Of a stretch of DNA of 64,000 nt, positions 18,956-27,548 are shown in pieces. The DNA is taken from the NCBI GenBank assembly GCA_016716705.1, contig JADJVF010000019.1, positions 24,586 to 88,585 of the forward strand, given 5' to 3'. The notes beneath the pieces were generated by a model, which saw only the letters and a list, made by a program, of their open reading frames with translations, was not told the DNA's origin and searched no databases. Each line of letters begins with the position of its first letter. Position 1 is the stretch's first letter. Source of the DNA: Holophagales bacterium. GTDB lineage: Bacteria; Acidobacteriota; Thermoanaerobaculia; UBA5066. A program made the translations under genes and the position numbers.

Positions 18956-19495
18956 ATGTCGAGCCGTCGTCTCATTGCCAGTGTCGTTCTCAGCGGAATG
19001 CTCGTCGCGGGTTCGGTCGCTTCGGCCGAGCCCCCGTCCGGAGAGTCCGTCCTCGCTGCGGCGGCGAAGGCCGGCAAGCCGGGGAAGAAGAACATCCTCG
19101 TCGTCTTCCACGCGTCCTGGTGCGGCTGGTGCCGCAAGCTCGACGCGGTCCTCTCGTCCCCTTCGGCGAAGGAGATCCTCGAGCGCCACTACGAGAACGC
19201 AGGGCTGACGGTCCTCGAGCGGGGAGACAAGGAGGCGCTGGAGAACGCCGGCGCCGAGGACCTGCTGATCTCGTACGCCGGAAAGGACGCCGGGCTGCCG
19301 TTCACGGCGGTCCTCGACCGGAAGTCTCTTCGTGCGATCGCCACGTCGAACACCTCCGGGCCCGGTACGAACGTCGGGTTCCCGGGGAAGACGGACGAGC
19401 TCGACCACTTCGTCTGGATGCTCCGGAAGGGGGCGCCCCGGATGACCGCCGCCGAGGCCGAGACGATCCGGGCCGCGTTTCCGGCGCCGAGGTGA
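18956..19495 (+). CDS. Secreted thioredoxin-fold protein (WCGWC active site)
   Basis: 179 aa. Signal peptide IASVVLSGMLVAGSVASAE and a VVFHASWCGWCRKL CxxC motif. Confidence 0.75.
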   Translation: MSSRRLIASVVLSGMLVAGSVASAEPPSGESVLAAAAKAGKPGKKNILVVFHASWCGWCRKLDAVLSSPSAKEILERHYENAGLTVLERGDKEALENAGAEDLLISYAGKDAGLPFTAVLDRKSLRAIATSNTSGPGTNVGFPGKTDELDHFVWMLRKGAPRMTAAEAETIRAAFPAPR

Positions 19496-19571
19496 ACGAG
19501 ACGCACCGTTCCCGTCGGTGTGACCGCAGGCGCCCGGCCGCCTGAAGACGGACGGGCGATTCCGCGGCCGG

Positions 19572-20606
19572 TCAGCGGATGAGCATGGCGTCCCCGTAGG
19601 AGAAGAAGCGGTAGCCGTCCGCCACCGCCTCGCGGTAGGCGGCGAGGACGCGCTGGCGCCCTGCGAACGCGCTGACGAGCATCAGGAGCGTCGAACGGGG
19701 AAGGTGGAAGTTCGTCAGGAGGGCGTCGACGACGAGGAACTCTGCTCCCGGGACGAGGAACAGGCGCGTCCGGAACGGGCCCGGGACGACCTGCCCGCCG
19801 TGCTCGCGAGCGGAAGCCTCGAGCGTCCGGACGCTCGTCGTCCCGACCGCGACGACCCGCCGCCCCTCCGCCTTCGCCCGCCGGATGGCTTCGGCGGTTT
19901 CCGCGGGAACGACGCCTCGCTCCGGGTCCATCCGGTGTTCCTCGACCACCTCGGTCTTCACCGGCTTGAACGTGCCGATCCCGACGTGAAGCGTCACGGA
20001 GGCGACAGCCACGCCCCTGGCCCGGAGCGCGTCGAGGAGCTCGGAGCTCAGGTGAAGGCCGGCGGTCGGGGCGGCGATGGCGCCCGGCTCACGGGCGTAG
20101 ACGGTCTGGTAGTCCTCGGCGTCGCGTCCGTCGGCGACGCCCCCTTCGCGGTGGATGTACGGAGGGAGCGGCGTCGTCCCGACCCTCGGCAGGGCCTCCT
20201 CGAGGGGAGTCCCCGAGAAGGCGACGCGGTAGTGCCCCGAATCCCCCCTGCCGGTCACGATGCCCGAGAGTCCGTCCCCGAAGTCGAACGTCCGTCCCGG
20301 CTTCGCCCTCCGGCCCGGCTTCGCGAGGCAGTCCCACGAGGCGTCCTCCTCCGTCTTCTCGACGAGGAGGAACTCCGTGCGCCGCCCGTCCCCGTCGCGT
20401 CCGAAGAGGCGGGCCGGGACGACGCGCGTGTCGTTCACGACGAGGAGGTCACCCGGGAGGAGGAGCGACGGGAGGTCCGCGACGTTCGCGTGTCCGATCG
20501 CGCCGCTCGCCCGGTCGAGTGTCATGAGCCGCGACGTGCCGCGGGGCGCCGGGCGCTGGGCGATCGATTCCGGGGGGAGGTCGAAGTCGAAGTCGGAGAC
20601 GTTCAC
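19572..20606 (-). CDS. queA: S-adenosylmethionine:tRNA ribosyltransferase-isomerase
   Basis: SDFDFDLPPESIAQRP at the N-terminus, then VVNDTRV, PLPPYI, YQTVYA, APTAGLH and TLHVGIGTF. I trimmed the start to the GTG at 20606 (VNVSDFDF); the ORF track extends to 20720. Confidence 0.9.
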   Translation of the reverse strand: MNVSDFDFDLPPESIAQRPAPRGTSRLMTLDRASGAIGHANVADLPSLLLPGDLLVVNDTRVVPARLFGRDGDGRRTEFLLVEKTEEDASWDCLAKPGRRAKPGRTFDFGDGLSGIVTGRGDSGHYRVAFSGTPLEEALPRVGTTPLPPYIHREGGVADGRDAEDYQTVYAREPGAIAAPTAGLHLSSELLDALRARGVAVASVTLHVGIGTFKPVKTEVVEEHRMDPERGVVPAETAEAIRRAKAEGRRVVAVGTTSVRTLEASAREHGGQVVPGPFRTRLFLVPGAEFLVVDALLTNFHLPRSTLLMLVSAFAGRQRVLAAYREAVADGYRFFSYGDAMLIR

Positions 20607-20654
20607 GGGGGGATTGTGTCCGCTCGGCGGCCGATGGGGAGCGGGGCGCCCGCG

Positions 20655-20684
20655 TTGACGCCGGGAGTCTTCAACGTGTAGTGT
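20655..20684 (+). promoter_or_regulatory. Candidate promoter of the pyrR-pyrB-pyrC operon
   Basis: TTGACG (20655-20660), 18 nt, then TAGTGT (20679-20684), about 17 nt upstream of the pyrR ATG. Confidence 0.3.
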
Positions 20685-20700
20685 CCCGCCGGTTCGAACG

Positions 20701-21423
20701 ATGGGCGAAGCAAACGGCACCTACCGCAAGCTCAGGCTGATGGATCCGGCCGGCATGTCCCGCGTCATCTCGCGGATGGCGCGCGAGGTCGTCGAAGCGG
20801 CGGGGGGCGTCGAGGGGTTCGCTCTCGTCGGCATCCGGACGCGCGGCGTCCCGCTCGCGCGGCGGCTCGGCCTGGAGATCGAGAAGACCGAAGGGGTCCG
20901 GGTCCCCGTGGGCCTCCTCGACATCACGCTCTACCGCGACGACCTGACCACCGTCGCCTCGTCGCCCGTCCTGAAGCGAACCGACATCTCCTTCCCGGTG
21001 GAGACGAAGACGATCGTCCTCTGCGACGACGTCCTCTACACGGGGCGGACGGTCCGCGCGGCCATCGACGCGATCCTCGACTTCGGGCGGCCTCGCCGGA
21101 TCGTCCTCGCGGTCCTCGTCGACCGGGGGCGCCGCGAGCTGCCGATCGAAGCGCAGCTCGTCGGAAAGAAGATCGCCACGTCCGCCACGGAAGTCGTCTC
21201 GGTCACGTTCAGGGAAACGGACGGCGAAGACGACGTCTGGCTCCTCGACCGGCACCCGGAGAAGATGGCGACCCGGAAGACGGCGCAGAAGGTCGCGAAG
21301 AAAGCCCCGGAAAAGATGGCTCCGGTGAAGAAGGCTCCCGCGAAGAAGGCTCCGGAAAAGAAGGCCGCCCGCGGCGCGGCCGGGAAGGCCGCCCCGAAGG
21401 GGCGCGGCCGCGGGAAGCGGTGA
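20701..21423 (+). CDS. pyrR: PyrR (pyrimidine operon regulator / uracil phosphoribosyltransferase) with a roughly 55-aa Lys/Ala/Pro-rich C-terminal tail
   Basis: Contains [23 protein letters not shown] and the PRPP loop [16 protein letters not shown], then [12 protein letters not shown]. The tail reads [53 protein letters not shown]. Confidence 0.9.
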   Translation: MGEANGTYRKLRLMDPAGMSRVISRMAREVVEAAGGVEGFALVGIRTRGVPLARRLGLEIEKTEGVRVPVGLLDITLYRDDLTTVASSPVLKRTDISFPVETKTIVLCDDVLYTGRTVRAAIDAILDFGRPRRIVLAVLVDRGRRELPIEAQLVGKKIATSATEVVSVTFRETDGEDDVWLLDRHPEKMATRKTAQKVAKKAPEKMAPVKKAPAKKAPEKKAARGAAGKAAPKGRGRGKR

Positions 21424-22382
21424 GCAGGAAGCCCGAAGCTCCGGCCGACCCCGCCTCCTTCACGAAGAAGGATCTCCTCGACATCGAGTCGCTTTCGAAG
21501 GCCGAGATCCAGATGATCCTGGACACGGCCGACTCGATGGCCGAGATCAACAAGCGGACGATCAAGAAGGTCCCGACACTTCGCGGCCGGCTCGTCGCGA
21601 ACCTCTTCTACGAGAATTCGACGCGGACGCGCTTCTCCTTCGAGATCGCCGAGCGGCGCCTCACGGCCGACTCGATCTCCTTCGCCGCGGCCACCTCGTC
21701 GGCCTCGAAGGGAGAGACCCTCCTCGACACCTGCCGGAACCTCGAGGCGATGGCCCCCGACGCCATCGTCATCCGGCACCAGGCCTCCGGCGCTCCCCAC
21801 TTCCTCGCCCGGAACCTGAAGTGCGCGGTGATCAACGCCGGCGACGGAACGCACGCCCACCCGACGCAGGCGCTCCTCGACGCCTTCACGATGCGCAAGG
21901 CGAAGGGGAAGCTCGAAGGGCTGCGCGTGGCGATCTGCGGCGACGTCCGCTTCAGCCGCGTCGCCCGCTCGAACCTCGCGCTCCTTCCGAAGATGGGGGC
22001 CGAGGTGACGCTCGCCGGGCCCCGCACCCTCCTGCCGCCGGAGATCGAACGGACCGGCGCCCGCGTCACGACGCGGATCGAGGAAGCGATCGACGGCGCC
22101 GACGTCGTCATGATGCTCCGCGTCCAGAAGGAGCGGGGAGGCGGCCTCGGCTTCCCGTCCGACCGCGAGTACTACGAGTTCTTCGGCCTGACGCCCCAGC
22201 GGCGAAAGCTCGCCCGCAAGGACGCCATCGTCATGCACCCCGGCCCGATGAACCGCGGCGTCGAGATCGACTCCGCCGTCGCCGACGGGCCCGGCTCGGT
22301 CATCCTCGACCAGGTCGAGGCGGGCGTGGCGGTCCGGATGGCGGTGCTGTACCTGCTCATCGGAGTGACCGGCGATGAATGA
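21420..22382 (+). CDS. pyrB: Aspartate carbamoyltransferase catalytic subunit
   Basis: 320 aa. Contains [17 protein letters not shown] and HPGPMNRG. The GTG start overlaps the pyrR stop (GTGA). Confidence 0.95.
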   Translation: MSRKPEAPADPASFTKKDLLDIESLSKAEIQMILDTADSMAEINKRTIKKVPTLRGRLVANLFYENSTRTRFSFEIAERRLTADSISFAAATSSASKGETLLDTCRNLEAMAPDAIVIRHQASGAPHFLARNLKCAVINAGDGTHAHPTQALLDAFTMRKAKGKLEGLRVAICGDVRFSRVARSNLALLPKMGAEVTLAGPRTLLPPEIERTGARVTTRIEEAIDGADVVMMLRVQKERGGGLGFPSDREYYEFFGLTPQRRKLARKDAIVMHPGPMNRGVEIDSAVADGPGSVILDQVEAGVAVRMAVLYLLIGVTGDE

Positions 22383-23691
22383 GGCCCCTGTCCTGATCAG
22401 CGGCGGACGGGTCGTCGACCCGTCGCGTGGCCTCGACGCCCCGCTCGACGTCCTCCTCGAGGGCGGAGTCGTGGCGAAGGTCGACGAGCGGATCGCGCTT
22501 CCCCGCGGCGCCGTCGCCGTCGACGCCACCGGCCTCGTCGTCGCCCCTGGCTTCGTCGACCTCCACGTCCACTTCCGCGAGCCCGGGTTCGAGTGGAAGG
22601 AGACGATCGCTTCCGGCTCCGAGGCGGCGGCGGCGGGCGGCTACACGACCGTCTGCTGCATGCCGAACACGGACCCCGTGATCGACGACGCGCCGACGGC
22701 GTCGTTCGTCCAGAAGCGGATCCGCGAGACGGCGCGCGTGCGCGTCCTCCCGATCGGCGCCGTCTCGAAGGGGCAGAAGGGCGTCGCGCTCGCCGAGATC
22801 GGCCTGATGAAGGCCGAGGGGATCGTCGCGATCTCCGACGACGGCAAGCCGGTCGTCAACGCCGACCTGATGCGGCGGGCGCTCGAGTACGCCTCGATGT
22901 TCGACCTGCCGGTCGTCGTCCACGAGGAGGACCCGAACCTCGTGGCGGGCGGGCAGATGCACGAAGGGTGGGCCTCGACGCGCCTCGGCCTGCCCGGCTG
23001 GCCTGCGGTCGCCGAGTCGACGATGGTCGCCCGCGACGTCGAGCTCGCGGCGCTGACGGGAGCGCGCCTCCACGTGGCGCACGTCTCCGTGAGGGACAGC
23101 CTCGCGGCGATCCGGCGCGCCCGCGCCGCGCACGTTCCCGTGAGCTGCGAGGTGACGCCCCACCACCTGATGCTGACGGACGAGGACCTCGCCCGCTCCA
23201 GCTACGACACGCGCTTCAAGATGAACCCCCCGCTCCGCGGCGAGGACGACCGGCAGGCGCTCGTCTCCGCGCTCGCCGACGGCACGATCGACTGCGTCGC
23301 GACGGACCACGCCCCGCACCACCACGACGAGAAGGCGATGGAGTTCGCGGCGGCGCCGTTCGGGGTCACCGGCCTCGAGACGGCGTTCTCCGTCCTCCTC
23401 GACGGGCTCGTCCTTCCGCGCCTCCTTTCGCTCTCCCGGCTCGTCGAGGCGATGTCCACGGCCCCGGCGCGCCTCTTCGGCCTGCCGTACGGCACGCTCG
23501 CGGAAGGGGCGCCCGCCGACGTCGTTCTCTTCTCGACCTCGCGCTCGACGACGTTCTCGTCGTTCCGTTCGCTCTCGGCGAACTCCCCCTGGGCGGGAAA
23601 GACCCTTCGCGGGCGCATCGAGAGGACCTTCGTCGGAGGCCTCGAGGTCCACCGGTTCGGGGCGCCTCCCGCGGCCGAGACGGCCGGCTGA
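22375..23691 (+). CDS. pyrC: Dihydroorotase (type I, multifunctional-complex type)
   Basis: 438 aa. Contains [22 protein letters not shown] and ATDHAPH. It overlaps the pyrB end by 8 nt. Confidence 0.9.
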   Translation: MNEAPVLISGGRVVDPSRGLDAPLDVLLEGGVVAKVDERIALPRGAVAVDATGLVVAPGFVDLHVHFREPGFEWKETIASGSEAAAAGGYTTVCCMPNTDPVIDDAPTASFVQKRIRETARVRVLPIGAVSKGQKGVALAEIGLMKAEGIVAISDDGKPVVNADLMRRALEYASMFDLPVVVHEEDPNLVAGGQMHEGWASTRLGLPGWPAVAESTMVARDVELAALTGARLHVAHVSVRDSLAAIRRARAAHVPVSCEVTPHHLMLTDEDLARSSYDTRFKMNPPLRGEDDRQALVSALADGTIDCVATDHAPHHHDEKAMEFAAAPFGVTGLETAFSVLLDGLVLPRLLSLSRLVEAMSTAPARLFGLPYGTLAEGAPADVVLFSTSRSTTFSSFRSLSANSPWAGKTLRGRIERTFVGGLEVHRFGAPPAAETAG

Positions 23692-23731
23692 CGCCGGTCG
23701 TCGCCTCGCCTCGCCGCTCCCCTTCACAGCC

Positions 23732-24148
23732 ATGTCCGTTTCCGACCCGTCCGCTGCCCCCCCGATTCCGGCCAAGCGGGTCGTCCTCGTCGACGACTCG
23801 CCGGCCTACGCCGCCTCCTGGAGGGGAATCTTCGCGGACCGCTACGGCGAGAAGGTCTCCTTCGAGTCGTACCAGGACCCGGTGGAAGCCCTGTCGCACC
23901 TCGGGCCGGACGTCGACCTCCTCCTCGTCGACCTCGAGATGCCGGTCCTCGACGGTCGTTCCGTCGCGCGCTTCGCGAAGGAGCGCGGCGTGAGCGAACG
24001 GCGGATCGTCATCGTCTCCGGCCACGACGCCGACGAGCTCCACCGCCTCTTCCCGCAGGGAGCGTGCCTCGCGGTCATCAACAAGACCGAGGCGCAGCAG
24101 CAGAGCGCGTTCCTGATGATCCTCGACAGCATCGTCTTCCGGCACTGA
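23732..24148 (+). CDS. Single-domain response regulator (CheY-like receiver)
   Basis: 138 aa. Has VVLVDDS and the phospho-acceptor context DLLLVDLEMPVLDG. Confidence 0.8.
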   Translation: MSVSDPSAAPPIPAKRVVLVDDSPAYAASWRGIFADRYGEKVSFESYQDPVEALSHLGPDVDLLLVDLEMPVLDGRSVARFAKERGVSERRIVIVSGHDADELHRLFPQGACLAVINKTEAQQQSAFLMILDSIVFRH

Positions 24149-24966
24149 TGGAGGGCTCGCGCGCCCTCGAGTCCGCCGTCGAGGCCGCCCGCCGGGCCGG
24201 CGACCTCCTCCTCGGCTACTTCGGCTCGCTCGACCCGTCGGAGGTCGAGGAGAAGGGGCGCAACGACGTCGTCTCACGCGCCGACCGCGAGAGCGAGGCG
24301 CTCGTGAAGGAGATCCTCCTCGGCGCCTTCCCGGGGGATCTCTTCATCGGCGAGGAAGGGGGTGCCGCCGGCTCGGACGCCGACGCTCCCGCCTGGATCG
24401 TCGACCCGCTGGACGGCACGGCGAACTTCGTCCGCGGTTTTCCACACTGGGCCGTCTCCATCGGGCGGACGGCCGGCGGCCGGGGTGGCGAGCTCGTTCT
24501 CGGCGTCGTCTGGGATCCCGTCAAGAAGGACCTCTTCGTCGCGGAGAAGGGGGCCGGCTCATTCCGGAACGGGCATCGCGTCCGGGTTCCGCGCAGGCCC
24601 GGCCTCGCCGGAGCCGCGCTCGCGACGGGGTTCCCGTTCCGGATCCAGGCGCGGATCGACACGTATCTGCGGATCTTCAAGGCGGTCTTCCTCGAGGTGC
24701 AGTCGATCCGTCGCGCCGGGAGCGCGGCCCTCGACCTCGCCTACGTCTCCGCCGGCATCTTCGACGGCTTCTTCGAGCTGGGGCTCTCCCCGTGGGACTC
24801 GGCCGCGGGCGCGGTCCTCGTCTCCGAATCGGGCGGCGTCGTCACCGACTTCGACGGCGGCGGGGCTTGGCGCGAACGCGGCAACCTGCTCGCCGCAGGG
24901 CCCCTCGTCCACGCGGCGCTCGTGAAGCTCGTCGCGGACCTCGGGGTCCGGGATGCCGAGCTCTGA
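24148..24966 (+). CDS. suhB: Inositol monophosphatase family protein (SuhB-like)
   Basis: Contains EEGG, WIVDPLDGTANF and the WDSAAG motifs. The ATG at 24148 overlaps the receiver gene stop. The ORF track starts it earlier, at 24064. Confidence 0.85.
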   Translation: MEGSRALESAVEAARRAGDLLLGYFGSLDPSEVEEKGRNDVVSRADRESEALVKEILLGAFPGDLFIGEEGGAAGSDADAPAWIVDPLDGTANFVRGFPHWAVSIGRTAGGRGGELVLGVVWDPVKKDLFVAEKGAGSFRNGHRVRVPRRPGLAGAALATGFPFRIQARIDTYLRIFKAVFLEVQSIRRAGSAALDLAYVSAGIFDGFFELGLSPWDSAAGAVLVSESGGVVTDFDGGGAWRERGNLLAAGPLVHAALVKLVADLGVRDAEL

Positions 24967-25005
24967 CGAGGGCGTAGCATCGCTGCCCGAGGAGTCGAGG
25001 ACGAC

Positions 25006-26043
25006 GTGAAAGAGCCAGCCGAGCGGTCGAGAGCGGGCGCGTTCCCAGGGGGCACCGGCGGGCCGGAAGCTGCGCCGGGCGGCGAGTTCCTCGCGCGGGC
25101 GATCGAGGCGGCGGGCTTCGGAATCCTCGCCCTGGACCGGGCGAGCGGCAGCCTCCGATACGTCAACGAGGCCGGCTCGGAGATCCTCCGTGTCCTCACG
25201 GACGCCTTCCGGAACGAGGCGTGGGAGGCCTTCCGGCGGACCCTCCTCGCGGAGGCCGAGGGGAAGGGGCGAGGCGAGACGCTCTCCTCCCGTTCCCTGC
25301 CGCTCGGGACGTCCGTCATCGGCTACTCGCTCTACCCGGAGGAGGCCGAGGTCTGGGTCTTCTTCCGGGACGTCTCAGAGAAGGAGCACCTCAGCTCCGT
25401 CGCGGAAGCGCTCCGCCTTTCGGACACGCTCCTCGGGGTCTTCACGTCCCTCCGTCACGACCTCGGCAACTCGGTCAACGTCGCGAGGACGTCGCTCGAG
25501 GTCCTCCGCAGGGGGACGGGCCGTCCCGACGAGGAGGCGATCCACCGCTACGTCGACAGGGCGCTCGAAGCGCTCTCGCGCATCGGGGAGCTGCTCGGGA
25601 CCCTCCGCGACTTCAGCTCGACGAGGACGCCGGCGCTGCGTTCGGTGCCGATCCGGGAGGTCGTGGAGAGCGTCGTCCTCGACCGGGGCGGGCCCCTCGC
25701 GGAGGCGGGAACGGCCCTGGACGTGGAGGTCGAGCCGAGGTCCGTCGAGGCCCTTGCGGATCCCGCGTCGCTGGAAGACGCGCTCTGCACGCTCGTGGAT
25801 CGGGCGGCCGTGCGCGCGCGGCAGGGCGCGGGACCCGCCGTCCTCGTCCGCGCGGAGGGGCGGAAGGAGACGGTCGTGATACGGGTCGAACCGCGGGGAG
25901 GGGCCGGGGCCGAAACCTCCCCCGACGAGGCAGACCTGGGGCTGCTCGTCGTGCGCCGGCGGGTCTCGCTGATGGAAGGGACGGTCGACACCGAGGGGGG
26001 AGCCGCGACCGTCACCCTCAGGCGCGTGAGGGCGTCGGCATGA
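25006..26043 (+). CDS. PAS-containing histidine-kinase-like protein with a degenerate ATP-binding domain (pseudo-kinase?)
   Basis: 345 aa. Has a PAS-like N-terminus and an H-box SLRHDLGNSVNV, close to the RHELGNPVNS of the kinase at 28921. The C-terminal domain lacks the N-box Asn and the DxGxG / GxGLG boxes (LVDRAAV..., VEPRGGAGAE, ADLGLLVV). Confidence 0.6.
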   Translation: MKEPAERSRAGAFPGGTGGPEAAPGGEFLARAIEAAGFGILALDRASGSLRYVNEAGSEILRVLTDAFRNEAWEAFRRTLLAEAEGKGRGETLSSRSLPLGTSVIGYSLYPEEAEVWVFFRDVSEKEHLSSVAEALRLSDTLLGVFTSLRHDLGNSVNVARTSLEVLRRGTGRPDEEAIHRYVDRALEALSRIGELLGTLRDFSSTRTPALRSVPIREVVESVVLDRGGPLAEAGTALDVEVEPRSVEALADPASLEDALCTLVDRAAVRARQGAGPAVLVRAEGRKETVVIRVEPRGGAGAETSPDEADLGLLVVRRRVSLMEGTVDTEGGAATVTLRRVRASA

Positions 26044-27401
26044 TCAAGCCCGCGAGAACGCTCCTCGTCGTCGACGACGACCGGCTCTTCGGGGAGGCCC
26101 TGCGCGCAGACTTCGCGTCGGACGAGCTCGAGGTGGTCCTCGCCACGTCGTGCGCGGAGGCCGTTCAGATCTGTCGCGAGACTCCGCCGGACGTCGTGCT
26201 CCTCGACCAGCGCCTGCCGGACGGCGCGGGCGCGTCCCTCTGCCCGGCGATCCTGGCGGCGAACGAGAGGGCGAAGATCGTCTTCGCGACGGCTCACCCG
26301 AGCTTCGAGAACGCGCTCGAGGCCGTCCGCGCGGGGGCGGTCGACTACGTCTCGAAGCCGTGCGAGCTCGAGCAGGTCCGGATGATCGTCTCCCGATGCA
26401 TCCGGCTCCTCGACCTCGAGCGCGCCGAGAGCCGCGAGAGCCGCCGGCGGGAAGTCGAGGCCAGGGAGACGAAGCTCGTGGGCGAGAGCGCCGGCCTCGC
26501 CGAGGTCGCGAGGCTGGTGGAGCTCGCCGCGGCGTCGGACGTTCCGGTCCTTCTCACGGGTGAGACCGGAACGGGCAAGAGCCTCGTGGCGCGGGCGATC
26601 CACTATCGCAGCGCGAGGAGCCGGGGGGAGTTCGTCTCGCTGAACTGCGCGGCCGTCCCGGAGACCCTCATCGAGGCGGAGCTCTTCGGCCACGAGAAGG
26701 GAGCCTTCACGGGGGCTGCGACGTCCCGGGAGGGTCTCTTCGAGCTGGCGGAGAGAGGCTCTCTCTTCCTCGACGAGATCGGCGACATGCCGCCGGCCCT
26801 CCAGGGGAGGCTCCTGACGGTCCTCGAGGACCGGCTCGTCCGGAGGGTCGGCGGGCGCGTCGCCCGCAGGGTCGATTTCCGGATCATGGCCGCGACGAAC
26901 GTCGACGTGGCGGACGCGGTCTCGGCCCGCCGCCTCCGCCAGGACCTCTACTACCGGCTCGACGTCCTCCGCATCGAGGTGCCGCCGCTGCGGCAGCGTC
27001 GCGACGACATCCCCGAGCTCGCGCGCCACTTTCTCGCCTCGGCCCCGGGCGGCGCGTCCCTGCCGCCTCTCGCCGCCGGGGAGATCGAGCGGCTGAAGGC
27101 GCACGACTGGCCCGGGAACCTCCGGGAGCTGCGGAACGTCCTCGAGCGCGCGGCGCTGGTCCGCCGCTCCGGCGAGCCGCTCCACCCGTCCGTATTCCTT
27201 CCTGCGGACCGCGTCCCGCATCCCGCGGCGTCCGGCGCGCCCGTGTCGAGCCTCGCGGACGTGGAGGCGCGCGCGATCCGGGAGGCCGTCGCCGCGACCG
27301 AAGGGAACCTGACCCGCGCGGCCCAGCTCCTCGGGGTGTCGGTCTCCACGCTCCGCCGGAAGCTGTCACCGGAGGAGCGCCGGGCGACCCGCTCGAACTG
27401 A
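26040..27401 (+). CDS. Sigma-54-dependent response regulator (NtrC family: REC, AAA+, Fis-type HTH)
   Basis: Has VVLLDQRLPDGAG (receiver), Walker A GETGTGKS, the sigma-54 contact loop EKGAFTGA, and the C-terminal HTH NLTRAAQLLGVSVSTLRRKL. The ATG at 26040 overlaps the upstream stop (ATGA). Confidence 0.9.
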   Translation: MIKPARTLLVVDDDRLFGEALRADFASDELEVVLATSCAEAVQICRETPPDVVLLDQRLPDGAGASLCPAILAANERAKIVFATAHPSFENALEAVRAGAVDYVSKPCELEQVRMIVSRCIRLLDLERAESRESRRREVEARETKLVGESAGLAEVARLVELAAASDVPVLLTGETGTGKSLVARAIHYRSARSRGEFVSLNCAAVPETLIEAELFGHEKGAFTGAATSREGLFELAERGSLFLDEIGDMPPALQGRLLTVLEDRLVRRVGGRVARRVDFRIMAATNVDVADAVSARRLRQDLYYRLDVLRIEVPPLRQRRDDIPELARHFLASAPGGASLPPLAAGEIERLKAHDWPGNLRELRNVLERAALVRRSGEPLHPSVFLPADRVPHPAASGAPVSSLADVEARAIREAVAATEGNLTRAAQLLGVSVSTLRRKLSPEERRATRSN

Positions 27402-27520
27402 CGGCCCCCGCTCGTTTCGGGCGCTCAATTCGATCGGGTCGCCCGCCCCCTCCGCGGGAAACGACGGCCCGGAGCCGCACGGCGAGCGGGTTCCGCGTCC
27501 CCGGGCGCGCCTTCGCACGC

Positions 27521-27536
27521 TGGCACCGTGGTTGCG
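27521..27536 (+). promoter_or_regulatory. Sigma-54 (-24/-12) promoter
   Basis: TGGCAC-CGTGG-TTGCG matches the consensus TGGCAC-N5-TTGCW exactly. It lies in the intergenic gap just downstream of the sigma-54 activator gene, about 12-14 nt upstream of the ATG at 27549, which implies a very short or absent leader. Confidence 0.5.
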
Positions 27537-27548
27537 ACAGGGGGAGTG

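Noticed and set aside
18956-19495. A functional link between the secreted thioredoxin-like protein and the RNase A-like toxin, by analogy to disulfide-rich eukaryotic RNase A
   Set aside because: The mature toxin has a single Cys, there is a 40-nt gap, and there is no start/stop codon overlap. Adjacency alone does not support a link.
20607-20700. PyrR-binding attenuator hairpin upstream of pyrR
   Set aside because: I could not find the conserved UCCAGAGAGG-type loop, and the leader after the candidate promoter is only about 15 nt. I cannot exclude a divergent site without a covariance-model search.
27528-27548. The GTG start at 27528 given by the ORF track for the REC-DUF4388 gene
   Set aside because: It lies inside the TGGCAC-N5-TTGC promoter element. 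The receiver domain begins normally from ATG 27549.
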